Below are positions 38,877-48,659 of a stretch of DNA of 61,603 nt, piece after piece. The notes below the pieces were generated by a model, which worked only from the letters and a program-made list of their open reading frames with translations, ran no database searches and was not told the origin of the DNA. Position 1 is the stretch's first letter, and every line of letters begins with the position of its first letter. The stretch is taken from positions 1-61,603 of IMG/VR virus record IMGVR_UViG_3300032322_001005; one strand, given 5' to 3'. Made by a program: the position numbers and the translations under genes. This stretch comes from a virus. Taxonomy: Duplodnaviria > Caudoviricetes.

Positions 38877-39953
38877 CTAATCCACGGAGATGGCTACTAT
38901 GCGTCCCCTTTGGAATGAAATGTTTGTTGTGCCAGAATGGTTTGCCACAAACAATGCGATCTCGTCGTTGTTCGCTAGGCTGACGATCCAATTCGTTACG
39001 AGCTTTGCGAAGTTGTTTGAACTTGTATTTGAGCGGCACTCTGTCTCTGGAATGGTTGTCCCGTTTTTAGCCAACCGGACACCGAGGAGTTGGTTATTTC
39101 CAGCGGATGCGTCCATGCTGGCAAATACTTTGACCACCCTTGTCTCTCCAGAGGTGTTCTTGATCGCAAAGGCATCCGTTGTTCCCAAGACAATCCCGCT
39201 TGCTGTGGACGAGTCTAGGGTCGCTGTAAGCCCCGTTGTCTTGTAAACATCCTGCGTGAGGCCGGAGATCGTCCCGCTGTCCATCTTGGATACCTGCCCA
39301 CGGATTGAAGTAATAGCCCCCGTCTTGATAGAGCCTGCGTTGTTGTAGTCCACGAACACATCGTCTCCGCTTGCACGGAAGGCTACAGCACCGCGAGGGA
39401 GGGTTCCGACCGCTTCCGATCCTGCCGTAGCACCTCCGTCTGCCAGAGCCGTGGAACCGCTTGCAGTTGTAAGAGCCGCCATCCCTGTAGAGTCAGTGCG
39501 AATCGCCCCGTTTCTAGTAGACGGCCCAGACCAATACCCGAACTCGGATGTATTCGCTACGGTTGTTTTTGCAAAGTATCCGAACGCAGAAGAGCTTGCA
39601 CCGCCGCCGTAACATCCGTATCCGAATGCGCTTGAGCGAGTGCCGTAGGCCCAGTTTTGAAAACCAAATGCAGAAGAATAAAAACTTGAAGATTTATTTT
39701 CGCAACCAAAAGCAGATGAATAGTTTCCACTTGCAATATTTATAAACCCAAACGCACTATCAACATCTGTAGTTGCCTGATTGCCAACGCCAATTGCAGA
39801 ACACCCTTCTCCGAGAGAAGTATTATTTACTCCAACTGCAATAGACTCTGTATTGCTTGCTACACAACCAACTCCGGCAGCGAACGCATCTGACCCCGTA
39901 GCGGCCTGCCCCGTCCCACCTTTAGCGATTGGTAATGGAATTGAAATAGGCAT
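38877..39953 (-). CDS. fibre with YadA-head-like repeats
   Basis: LPIAKGGTG; 14-aa SSAFG repeats. Confidence 0.7.
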   Translation of the reverse strand: MPISIPLPIAKGGTGQAATGSDAFAAGVGCVASNTESIAVGVNNTSLGEGCSAIGVGNQATTDVDSAFGFINIASGNYSSAFGCENKSSSFYSSAFGFQNWAYGTRSSAFGYGCYGGGASSSAFGYFAKTTVANTSEFGYWSGPSTRNGAIRTDSTGMAALTTASGSTALADGGATAGSEAVGTLPRGAVAFRASGDDVFVDYNNAGSIKTGAITSIRGQVSKMDSGTISGLTQDVYKTTGLTATLDSSTASGIVLGTTDAFAIKNTSGETRVVKVFASMDASAGNNQLLGVRLAKNGTTIPETECRSNTSSNNFAKLVTNWIVSLANNDEIALFVANHSGTTNISFQRGRIVAISVD

Positions 39954-39954
39954 A

Positions 39955-42510
39955 TTAGTTAATATCCGAGTCTATTAGGTTGTAGCTCTCCGTCAACGTT
40001 CCGAGATTGTTGCTGACGTTCGCGTTAATGTTGTTGTTCATCCGGCATCCCGCAAGGGAGATTGTAACCGCGCTGCCTGCCGTGATGCTGTTTCCTGTGC
40101 CTGTGGCGATTAAAGTGGAGTCGAATATTCTTGCTCCCGCTTCTACATTAAGCGCATTGTTGTTTATTCCCGTGCAGACAAAGCGACAACGGCGTATAGT
40201 TCCTGTAAATGTTCCGGCGTATGAATTGTTATTGGTCAACAAGCATTCTGTAAATGTTCCAGTTGCGGTTGCTCCGCTTCTTGAGCCAAACCCATGCCCA
40301 GATGTTACAACGCAATTTTCAAATGTTCCACTTGCTGTAAAAAATCCAAAACAATCGCTTGTTCCCGTGCAGCGCCTAAATATTCCAGTTGCATTGAATG
40401 AGCCGCCCGGATATCCACCGAACGACTGCGTTGTTGCAGTGCAATCCTCAAATAATCCAGAGGCAAACTCTGTTCCAAATGAATTTGATGTTGCCACACA
40501 TCTACGAAATGTTCCCGTAGCCTGAGCATTTCCAGCGCCAGCATGTCCAGCAAATGAATCACTTGTTGCTACACAGTCTTCAAATAATCCCGATGAAAAA
40601 GAAGACATGCACCCAAATGATGCTGCACCACCAACACACTTGCGATATGTTCCAGCATACTCTGTTGCCCTGCGCATTCCAGAACTGCTATCTCCGCTGA
40701 ATACGCAGTTCTCGATATACGTAAGATTGAACCGTTCTGTCGCTGTTCCGATGCTTCCCGCAGCATTAACCGTAGAAGGATAAGAAAACGAGTTATCGTC
40801 AATCCTCGTGACGGTAAACACCCCGTCCACGCTAGAGTTGCCAGACCCGCTGATGCGAACAGAGTCGCCTGTCTGGAGTCCGTGTCCGTTCGCCGCGATT
40901 GTCATCGTTGTTCCGTCTCCAGACCACGTAGTAATCGCTGTGGCTTTAGGGAACGGGAAGTATGCCGCCGTTCTGCCAGCACCCGATCCTGCTGGCGCAC
41001 CCGTGCGGTCTATTGTAACTCCCTTAATCTTCACGTCGTTCGCGGTCTGATAAATCGTTCCGCTGTCTGAAAGGATGACTTGGCTTGTGATAACAACCTG
41101 CTCTGGCGTGTCGGTAAGCCCGATGATGTCTACGAAGTCTGTGTCGAGGTTAAGGCGGGTTGTTCCTAGATCGTATCTGCCGGGGAGGAGGATAACTGTA
41201 GCGCGGTTGGTTGCGCTTAATGCGGCTGTATTGGGAGTAAATGCCTTGGCTGCTGCGTAGGCGTTGCGAAGCTCTGCGCCGTTGGTTGTCGCTGAAGCGG
41301 AAGGACGGACGATGATGTAGGCTCCTGTGGATAGGTTGCCAGCAGTCGTGTCCATTAAGCGAAGCGGAAGGTCTTTAGACGCAGTTCCAGTAACATGCAT
41401 TAACCCATTTCCTGATCCGCCGCCCCAAGTAGCAACCAGATTTCCACTAAGGTCATTAATACTAGTTTCTTCTGCGGAAAAAACAAGCGCACCAGCCCAA
41501 TGAACTCCGCTGCTATACATTCCCAAGTCTCCACCGTTTGCAAAAAACCCTCCGTCCGTAGTAAAATATCCGTTGCTTGGGTTGAACTTCAACTTCGTGC
41601 TGGAGCCATAGAGGGTAGTGGCTGTTCCTGCGGATTGGTATGCGAAGACTGGAAAGAAATCTCGGTTGGCTGTTGTGTTGTCGTTTATTGTCGCCGTAAG
41701 AGCAGAATTTGCACTGCTGGCGGTTCCTGTAAGCGTCCCCACAATACTCGGTGCAGAAAGCGTATTTGTTGAAGGGTTAAACGTAACCCCGCTTGCAACG
41801 CGAATCGTCTCTGCTGATTGGCTAGTGGCATTAGAAACAAATGGAACGTAGTAATCTGCATTCGTCGTTGTTGCGGTTGTTGCTACAGCAGTACTTGTTG
41901 TTGCATTTGATGCCGTTCCCGTTACGTTTCCTGTAAGGTTTCCCGTAAAGGATGTCGCCGCAAGATCGCCCGTGGACGGATTAAAAGAAAGCTTGGTAGT
42001 AGAAACCTTGGCTGGTTGACCGCTTCCAGCCGCCGCAACAAATACAGGAAAGAATGATGCGTTGGTTGTAGTATCGTTTGCAGCATTGATGTTTACAGCC
42101 GCTCCTGTAAGTGAGGTAAGCGTGATGTTAACCTCTGGAGTTTCGATAATAACGTCGTTATTTGATTCTACTGCTTGACCTATTGGAATATCAGAAAGTT
42201 CAAACCTGCCGGAAATAATTGTGTTTTTCGTTGATCCTGTAGTCCAATCCAAATACCATTTTTTATTTGAAATCGGGCCAATTGCAGATGTTTCGATATC
42301 GGTGAGATTCAGTGATATTAGTCCATTCGGAGCATCGTTCACTGTAACCGTGATTGGCTTAATGTTTTTTGTAGGATATTCTTGTAAAACAATACCAGCC
42401 TCAAATGTATATCCAACAAGAGATACGTTGAAATCAAGGTTGCACGAAAAGTCTGCGCCTACGACGCCTTTAATATTCAGAAGACCGGGGACTTGTGTAT
42501 AGTTAGCCAT
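39955..42510 (-). CDS. tail spike/fibre (N-terminal adaptor, repeats, beta-helix)
   Basis: Ig/BppU-like N-terminus, FNPST repeats, GHGLQTGDSVRISG beta domain, SFG/GxF beta-helix repeats. Confidence 0.75.
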   Translation of the reverse strand: MANYTQVPGLLNIKGVVGADFSCNLDFNVSLVGYTFEAGIVLQEYPTKNIKPITVTVNDAPNGLISLNLTDIETSAIGPISNKKWYLDWTTGSTKNTIISGRFELSDIPIGQAVESNNDVIIETPEVNITLTSLTGAAVNINAANDTTTNASFFPVFVAAAGSGQPAKVSTTKLSFNPSTGDLAATSFTGNLTGNVTGTASNATTSTAVATTATTTNADYYVPFVSNATSQSAETIRVASGVTFNPSTNTLSAPSIVGTLTGTASSANSALTATINDNTTANRDFFPVFAYQSAGTATTLYGSSTKLKFNPSNGYFTTDGGFFANGGDLGMYSSGVHWAGALVFSAEETSINDLSGNLVATWGGGSGNGLMHVTGTASKDLPLRLMDTTAGNLSTGAYIIVRPSASATTNGAELRNAYAAAKAFTPNTAALSATNRATVILLPGRYDLGTTRLNLDTDFVDIIGLTDTPEQVVITSQVILSDSGTIYQTANDVKIKGVTIDRTGAPAGSGAGRTAAYFPFPKATAITTWSGDGTTMTIAANGHGLQTGDSVRISGSGNSSVDGVFTVTRIDDNSFSYPSTVNAAGSIGTATERFNLTYIENCVFSGDSSSGMRRATEYAGTYRKCVGGAASFGCMSSFSSGLFEDCVATSDSFAGHAGAGNAQATGTFRRCVATSNSFGTEFASGLFEDCTATTQSFGGYPGGSFNATGIFRRCTGTSDCFGFFTASGTFENCVVTSGHGFGSRSGATATGTFTECLLTNNNSYAGTFTGTIRRCRFVCTGINNNALNVEAGARIFDSTLIATGTGNSITAGSAVTISLAGCRMNNNINANVSNNLGTLTESYNLIDSDIN

Positions 42511-42511
42511 T

Positions 42512-43486
42512 TTATCGTCCGGGCCACAAGTTGTTGAACTGCATTGAAACTGGGTCGATATTCAGCGTCCAGCGTGATCCGCCACGAGTTTCTTTTGTCT
42601 CGCCGTTAAGAAGTTGAAGAGCCTTCATAAAGAACATCTCCGACCTTTCGAGATCGGCCTCGTCTTCGTATCGCAGGGAAATCAACATGTTCTTCAATGC
42701 TCCAAGGTTGGATACAAAAACCTCGTCCGTATCCAGAATGCAGGGAACATAGCGAATCTTGCAAAGAACATCAACATAATCAATTTCCGGCTCGTTCGGA
42801 ACTGCGTAGCGATGATAGCTCGCCGTAGTTTCTGAATTCTCGTATTCGCCGATTAGCGTTTCTTGTGCGGGATTCGCGTTGTTGACGGCGTAGAGATTGA
42901 TGGTTCCAGTCGTAATCGGCTTTTGGAACATCGTGAGTTGTCCTTTGAAAACTTGATTGATCGTAATGTCTGGGTTGACCAATGCCGTTGTTAGCGTAAC
43001 GCTGTTTCCGTTTTGGTCGTTTCCCTTGATAACAACAGACTTTCCTGCATCCGCTAAATTTTCAATCTCAACCTTCAGCTTGTATTCCTCGTATGGAGAA
43101 TCTTTGAACGTGCAGAATCCATCCCCAAGATCGTCAATAAAGGTTTCGTTAAACCCGTAGCGGGGCCAATACGTCGCGCTCCATAAATCGGTAATCGGAG
43201 TAAGATAGGTGAACCACCCGTTGCGAATCCGTATAGGGCCGCTGGCTTCGTCTTTAACCCATTTGGCAGCAAGCGCGGAGATATACTGACGTGGCAACGT
43301 AATCATTCCGTCAGGCGAAACAAAGCGAACTGGGAAGATTGTCCCGTTCCACTTCCCGCTGTTAATCAACCTCTCTTGAGCAAGGTTGAGATATGAATTA
43401 AATCTGTCTACGCTCGCTTGGTTATCCAGTGAAGGAACGATTGCGGTGTAAAGTTGTTGCCGCGCCTCTCCAAGCGTAATTCTCAT
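42512..43486 (-). CDS. head-tail adaptor / tail tubular protein
   Basis: ITLGEARQQL...YLNLAQERL..W pattern. Confidence 0.6.
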   Translation of the reverse strand: MRITLGEARQQLYTAIVPSLDNQASVDRFNSYLNLAQERLINSGKWNGTIFPVRFVSPDGMITLPRQYISALAAKWVKDEASGPIRIRNGWFTYLTPITDLWSATYWPRYGFNETFIDDLGDGFCTFKDSPYEEYKLKVEIENLADAGKSVVIKGNDQNGNSVTLTTALVNPDITINQVFKGQLTMFQKPITTGTINLYAVNNANPAQETLIGEYENSETTASYHRYAVPNEPEIDYVDVLCKIRYVPCILDTDEVFVSNLGALKNMLISLRYEDEADLERSEMFFMKALQLLNGETKETRGGSRWTLNIDPVSMQFNNLWPGR

Positions 43487-43487
43487 T

Positions 43488-43874
43488 TTAAGATGAAAAT
43501 GCTCCGCTGCCAAATCCAGTTGCTTTACCGATCCCGCGAGTGTCGGCAACCCCATACTTTGTCCCAACGATGGGTGTTCGTTGACGGAATTGCGAGTATC
43601 CGATCTCTTCCTCTTGTGCTTCTCTCTCAAGTTGCCGCCTGAGCGGGGCGAATTTCTTTTCAGCCTCCAACTCGTTTTCAACTTCTTGCATTGCAACAGC
43701 GCGACGCAAATCCAATATTTGCTTCATTTGGGGGCTGAGATTTTCCTCTGAATCTTCCCCAAACAATTTGCTGTATGAGGATCGCATTAAGCCCTTTGCT
43801 TTATTTTCAGCCTCGACTGTAGCCAATGCACCAGACCGTGACGTCATTCCTGACCTGTAAGTTGTTGGACTCAT
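43488..43874 (-). CDS. hypothetical virion-associated protein
   Basis: Helical ORF in the tail module. Confidence 0.55.
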   Translation of the reverse strand: MSPTTYRSGMTSRSGALATVEAENKAKGLMRSSYSKLFGEDSEENLSPQMKQILDLRRAVAMQEVENELEAEKKFAPLRRQLEREAQEEEIGYSQFRQRTPIVGTKYGVADTRGIGKATGFGSGAFSS

Positions 43875-43919
43875 ATTGCGTTATTTATATTTCCAATACA
43901 GACTCTTTCAAGCAAATAA

Positions 43920-44147
43920 TCAGGCATCGCAGGATTCTGTCTCCAGCCACGTCAACTGCCCACCAACAGAACCAAGAACAAACGTTCCGCTCCCGCTGGG
44001 GGGTGGCAAAAACTTGGGTATTGCTGGGATATCTTTTCCGTTAAGCGAATATTGTTCACCAATAGGAATATATTGTTTTCCAGAATCAAATGACGGCGGA
44101 ATAAGAATCTGCATGTTATCCACCGTTGCTGTCGTGATGGTTTGCAT
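43920..44147 (-). CDS. small virion protein
   Basis: PPPSGSGTFVLGSVGGQLTW; coupled to the upstream gene. Confidence 0.55.
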   Translation of the reverse strand: MQTITTATVDNMQILIPPSFDSGKQYIPIGEQYSLNGKDIPAIPKFLPPPSGSGTFVLGSVGGQLTWLETESCDA

Positions 44148-46081
44148 TATGTATATCTGTTGTCGATTGTTACTGTTGTAGCTGTAACTTTAACAAAACC
44201 CCATTTGTATAGCTCCACATTGGAATCAACCAAATAGTTTCCATTGGGGAATTTTGGAGCGTCAACCTCAACTCCATTTATATTTGCCTTTGTTGTTGGA
44301 AGTGTTTCTGGCCTTACCCCGTATGTTGGTTGACCAACACCTTTGGTGTCGCTTGGTATTGACCCTATAAATTGCGGAACTATGTTAATCGGCCCGTGTA
44401 GTGTCTCTGGGACATTTACAGAGTTTGCAGATACATTTACATCAAAAGCACTGCTGGTTCCAAAAGAACTAGCCGTTCCATTAATTCCTATTGTGCTGCT
44501 TGTTGATGATGATTCTGACTTAGACCTTCCCCCAGTAACAACAACGAGGTTTTCGGTTTTAAGCCTTAAATAAGGCCAAGGACTGTATGCTGGGCCACCT
44601 CCACCTGAAATTGGTATTGTTGAACTTGGGAAAAGATAGCTAATACTTCCGCTGGTTGGTGTTTCTACTATATCTGGAAGACCAGTATTAAAAATAACAA
44701 CAGTTGAAAAAGTAATATTAAACCTATCAAGTCCATTTAATGTTGCGCTATAAACACCGGGAATTGAAACAGTTATAGTATTTGAGCTAAAAAATCCAGA
44801 TACTGTGCAAAATAACGATCCGCCGGAAACAAAATATGAGGTAATTGTTTTTGTAAATATTTGATCTGGAATTCGTTGTTGAACGCCAAACTGAGAAAAA
44901 TTATTTAACGTTGTTAATAATGATTCTTGCGTTATTCCACCACTTGCTATCTCCATAAAAAAGATATGCTTCTTTCCTTCGATGCTTCCGCTGAATCCTT
45001 TTTCTATTTCAAAGTAAATGTCTCCACCAATCGACCAACCGCTTTTACTTGATCCAGAATTTGAGCTACTTACCGAGCCTGTAGACGTGCTGCCGCTTGT
45101 GTCAAAACTTGATCCGGCTCCATAGCTCTGCCCAAAATATGGAATTACATTTAACAGCTTGTCTGGTAAACTAATTGGAACCGCCGTTGTAAATTGATAG
45201 TATTGTTTCTTGAGGGCTTCTGCTATCTTGTTTCTGTCGTATGTTCTGCTTAAACTTTTCCATTGGTCAATAGGCCTAAATTCCTTTCCAGTTACAGTAT
45301 TGACTCCAGTATAAGTGCTGGGCGCTACAATCGTTTGATCGTAATAAATGCCAAGCCCAAGTTGTTCGTCATACTCAACTCCAGTAGTCGTAGGCCAAGA
45401 GTCAGCAACGATTCTGTTCCTTTGACCTTTATACGTGTCTTCTGCCTTTACGACGTCCTCAAGCGTTGTAAGCGATCCACTAACGCCAGCTAATGGATTA
45501 TTAATTAAATTCTGCCTAGTAACGGTTGCTGGAACAAGGCCAAGCGGAGAGTCTACCAGCGCCCTAGAACTTACAACTGGGCCGTTCAGCGTCTCATATA
45601 CGCGGACAACCTTGATGTATTGCGAGTCAAGTTCACCTTCAACCCTCTCTGCCTCTTGCTCTGTGAGTATCGCTCCAGCGAATAGCGGGTCTGGTTCACC
45701 GTCTTCCAAAGGTTCATACTCATCCCTTGGAATTATATAGCTGCGAACATACATTGGATGGTCTTTAGAACCTTCGATATACTTAATTGTATAGTTGTAG
45801 GTGTCTTGATCTACCCTGTCATTCGCCCAGATGCGCTTTACCCATTGCCCGTCCTCGCTGTTCGGGGCTTGGCTGATTAGCTTGTGGTCTGGGAAACTGC
45901 CTTGCACTGAAGCGTGGGGAACGTCATCCCACTTTGTTCCATATTCCAGCGGAACGTATTCTCCCTTCCACGCGTTAACGACCTCTACGATAATCGTGTC
46001 TTTGATGACAGGAGTAGGATACGACGAGATGCCCTTACCGGGGGCTGGAGCCATTGCTTTTGTCGTAGGAATCGGATTCAT
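44147..46081 (-). CDS. tail/structural protein
   Basis: 644 aa beta-rich, S/T/G-rich, with an AT-rich internal insert. Confidence 0.6.
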   Translation of the reverse strand: MNPIPTTKAMAPAPGKGISSYPTPVIKDTIIVEVVNAWKGEYVPLEYGTKWDDVPHASVQGSFPDHKLISQAPNSEDGQWVKRIWANDRVDQDTYNYTIKYIEGSKDHPMYVRSYIIPRDEYEPLEDGEPDPLFAGAILTEQEAERVEGELDSQYIKVVRVYETLNGPVVSSRALVDSPLGLVPATVTRQNLINNPLAGVSGSLTTLEDVVKAEDTYKGQRNRIVADSWPTTTGVEYDEQLGLGIYYDQTIVAPSTYTGVNTVTGKEFRPIDQWKSLSRTYDRNKIAEALKKQYYQFTTAVPISLPDKLLNVIPYFGQSYGAGSSFDTSGSTSTGSVSSSNSGSSKSGWSIGGDIYFEIEKGFSGSIEGKKHIFFMEIASGGITQESLLTTLNNFSQFGVQQRIPDQIFTKTITSYFVSGGSLFCTVSGFFSSNTITVSIPGVYSATLNGLDRFNITFSTVVIFNTGLPDIVETPTSGSISYLFPSSTIPISGGGGPAYSPWPYLRLKTENLVVVTGGRSKSESSSTSSTIGINGTASSFGTSSAFDVNVSANSVNVPETLHGPINIVPQFIGSIPSDTKGVGQPTYGVRPETLPTTKANINGVEVDAPKFPNGNYLVDSNVELYKWGFVKVTATTVTIDNRYT

Positions 46082-46108
46082 CGCGGAACTATATTGTTAA
46101 CAAGTCTA

Positions 46109-46333
46109 TCAATCAATGTAATTTCTGGCTGAGTCGCAGCAGCCGCTAACTCTTGGAGCGGAACTTGGGTGGCTGCGTTCCGCTTTGGCGAAGAGTTCTT
46201 TTGCGTAGGATTCGTTGTTCTGTCCCTTGCTTATGCAAACCTTGCAAGTCCCGTGGCTTGGTTTGCCGCCATACATTCCAAGGCCGCAGGCGTTGTATTC
46301 TTTCGTGCTGGCAGTGATGTGTGGGCAAGTCAT
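46109..46333 (-). CDS. small Cys-rich protein
   Basis: MTCPH...CGLG..GGKPSHGTCKVC...GCC. Confidence 0.6.
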   Translation of the reverse strand: MTCPHITASTKEYNACGLGMYGGKPSHGTCKVCISKGQNNESYAKELFAKAERSHPSSAPRVSGCCDSARNYID

Positions 46334-47049
46334 GAGACGGAGCCTAGTGTATAGCTTCCAACTGGTGTATTTTGAAACCCAGATTTTTCTCCAGAGCTTG
46401 CATCTAATTGAATGCAATCTCCGACTGGGCCAAAATAGTCAAGCCATCCAATAACCCAGAGTGCATCAGTGTTAAATTGTCCAGAATTATATGTCAACGT
46501 AACCTTATTTCCGCAAGAATCTAATCCCTCCCACTCGCATAATGATATCCTTGTAACTGCGACATCGCCTCCCGGCGGCCCAGACACCGTATAAGTATCC
46601 GCGAATTGGTCTTCTAAACTGAAATAATCAAGCGGATCATTAAATATTGGAGCAAATAAGCATGCTCCATATTGTGATGATTCATTTGCAACTTCCGATC
46701 CTTTCCATGTCGGCCCAGAATTTGGCCCCTCATCGTCGTTTGAATAAATTCCAATTCCAACTGTTTCATTATTAGAATCTATTCCTAAAAAATATGTTGT
46801 CGGAACGCCGGGCGCTCCGGCTCCAGTTCCGGTTTGAGGAGATGAAAGTTTTGTAAAAACAGTCACTACCGGAGGAACATCACTACTGACTTGAACAACA
46901 GTATCAGGCAAATCCTCGTAAGTATATAATCCATCAAACAACGCTTGCGCCGGATACATGCAGCACTCGCCAGCCTCGCAACAAGTGCAACTCACCTTCC
47001 CGTTCTTCGTGATAATCTTCCCGTTGGGGTTTAACTTAATCGTCGGCAT
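46330..47049 (-). CDS. protein with Cys-rich N-terminus, probably virion-associated
   Basis: KVSCTCC...CC followed by an acidic beta domain. Confidence 0.6.
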   Translation of the reverse strand: MPTIKLNPNGKIITKNGKVSCTCCEAGECCMYPAQALFDGLYTYEDLPDTVVQVSSDVPPVVTVFTKLSSPQTGTGAGAPGVPTTYFLGIDSNNETVGIGIYSNDDEGPNSGPTWKGSEVANESSQYGACLFAPIFNDPLDYFSLEDQFADTYTVSGPPGGDVAVTRISLCEWEGLDSCGNKVTLTYNSGQFNTDALWVIGWLDYFGPVGDCIQLDASSGEKSGFQNTPVGSYTLGSVS

Positions 47050-47052
47050 ACC

Positions 47053-47919
47053 TCAATACCTCTGTATCCAAGACTCCATCTCGTCTACGGTATACGACAA
47101 TCCCTGCTGAATCAAGTCCGCTCTCAGCATCGCTACGACTAGGTGTTTGTCTTTTGCTTTGTAAATGTGGTTGTTGAACGTGATCTGGTATCCGTTCTTG
47201 GGATACTCTGGACTCGCTGAAAAGTGTTTTCCTTTAAAGGTAAACGATACCTCTCCGTAGTTAACGTGCTTCTTGTTCTCTCTCGGGAAATAGCAGTCGT
47301 AGGCGTAAAGGCAGCACTCTTGGATCGCGTTGTGCTTTAATCCCTCGCAGATGGCGTTAGGCGAGCTTTGGTTCCCGATAAAGAGGTCTGATGCCTTGAT
47401 AGCCTGCGCGACGTCATACAGGTCGTTTGTGCGCAAATACTCGACCTTCCCGAACTGCTCGCAGAACGTGTGGTGTTCCTCCGGCAGTCCGATAAAGAGA
47501 ATATCGTCCTTAAACTTTTCGACTATCTTCCTCCATGGAAAGTATTCACCGTGCCACCTTGCCCCGCGTGAGATGACGATTCTGTTCTTTGCGTCCAGAC
47601 TTCCAAGTGGAACATCCAGCCAAGGCTGCGTCAAATCCGGCTTTACCATCATCCACCTCGCTACCCGACTGGCGATGTTTTCCCCGTAGCGCATCCCGCC
47701 GTTTCGATACGTCGAAATATCGAAGTTAATTTTTTCTCCTTCATGTTTGTGGACAGAGATGCCCGGAGATTCGATTAGCCTCCTGAACGTATCTATCCTA
47801 TGCAAGATTGGCTTCGTCCAAGGTCTGTCCGCGATAAACAACTTCTTCACCCCATACTCCTTCATCGAGGGAATGGAATAGATTATATCGCCGATACAGC
47901 CGGAATGGAATGCGTTCAC
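47053..47919 (-). CDS. GT9-like glycosyltransferase
   Basis: HSGCIGDIIYSIP; LFIGNQSSPNAI. Confidence 0.75.
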   Translation of the reverse strand: MNAFHSGCIGDIIYSIPSMKEYGVKKLFIADRPWTKPILHRIDTFRRLIESPGISVHKHEGEKINFDISTYRNGGMRYGENIASRVARWMMVKPDLTQPWLDVPLGSLDAKNRIVISRGARWHGEYFPWRKIVEKFKDDILFIGLPEEHHTFCEQFGKVEYLRTNDLYDVAQAIKASDLFIGNQSSPNAICEGLKHNAIQECCLYAYDCYFPRENKKHVNYGEVSFTFKGKHFSASPEYPKNGYQITFNNHIYKAKDKHLVVAMLRADLIQQGLSYTVDEMESWIQRY

Positions 47920-48012
47920 CTGTCTTATTGTTGAACAAGCGTGGAAGAAAAACAAGTCACTTTTCCTTTCAAAAGATTGTTGCGAAGTTCAAAGAAGTGG
48001 TGTTTACTTGCC

Positions 48013-48158
48013 TTGTCGTGGAAATAGAGAGCCACGACGATAAACATAGCAAGCAACACCGAACAATAAATGTAAGACCCTTCTTTTGGCGTATTCTGGA
48101 GATTCCGCAGTTGCTTGCTAAAAATCTCTAACTCTTCAGATGCGCCAAAAGAGGGGTC
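48013..48158 (+). ncRNA. C4-antisense-like structured leader (copy 2)
   Basis: Hairpin 48015-48038; long stem 48076-48158; pairs 48025-48030 vs 48125-48130 and 48047-48057 vs 48110-48120. Confidence 0.6.
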
Positions 48159-48170
48159 AATTTATTGTGT

Positions 48171-48617
48171 ATGAGTGTAAAAGTTCTGTCGGAGGTATTC
48201 GACAAAAGCCTTACGAGCGGCAATGCGAGGCTTGTGCTTCTCGCGTTGGCTGACTGTGCAAGCGAAGATGGGGCATGCTGGCCTTCGCTGCGGAAACTGA
48301 AAAAGAAATCAGGCGTATCTGAAGAAACAGTTCGCAAGTATCTCCACGCTTTTGAGGCAATCGGGCTTATCTCTTCTGAAGAGCGATATGATGTTGGAGG
48401 AAGGCGAACATCCAACGTCTATACAATCAACCTCGAAATGCTCGGAAGGGATTCGCCGGAGCATAAAACCTTGTATTCTGTCATACCGAAAAGCAAAAGG
48501 CGGGGGAGGGGTAGGTATGAACCAGTTCAGAGGGGGGTAGGTATGAACATGTTCATAGGGGGTAGGTATGAACCAGTTCATAGGGTCTATAATGAACCGT
48601 CTATAGAACCGTTATAA
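48171..48617 (+). CDS. HTH (HTH_36-like) replication-initiator-like protein, short
   Basis: MSVKV...ARLVLLALAD.A...G.CWPS...SGVSE.TV...GLI...SNVY. Confidence 0.8.
   Translation: MSVKVLSEVFDKSLTSGNARLVLLALADCASEDGACWPSLRKLKKKSGVSEETVRKYLHAFEAIGLISSEERYDVGGRRTSNVYTINLEMLGRDSPEHKTLYSVIPKSKRRGRGRYEPVQRGVGMNMFIGGRYEPVHRVYNEPSIEPL
48508..48580. repeat. iterons (3 x GGGGTAGGTATGAACnnGTTCA)
   Basis: Period 25-26 bp; each copy has a TGAAC-nn-GTTCA palindrome. Confidence 0.8.
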
Positions 48618-48659
48618 AGAACCGTCATGTTGCTTTTGTTGTTTTGAAAGGATAATCGC

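Noticed and set aside
48508-48580. Mini-CRISPR array
   Set aside because: The repeats are nearly contiguous without spacers, lie inside an HTH gene, and no cas genes are present
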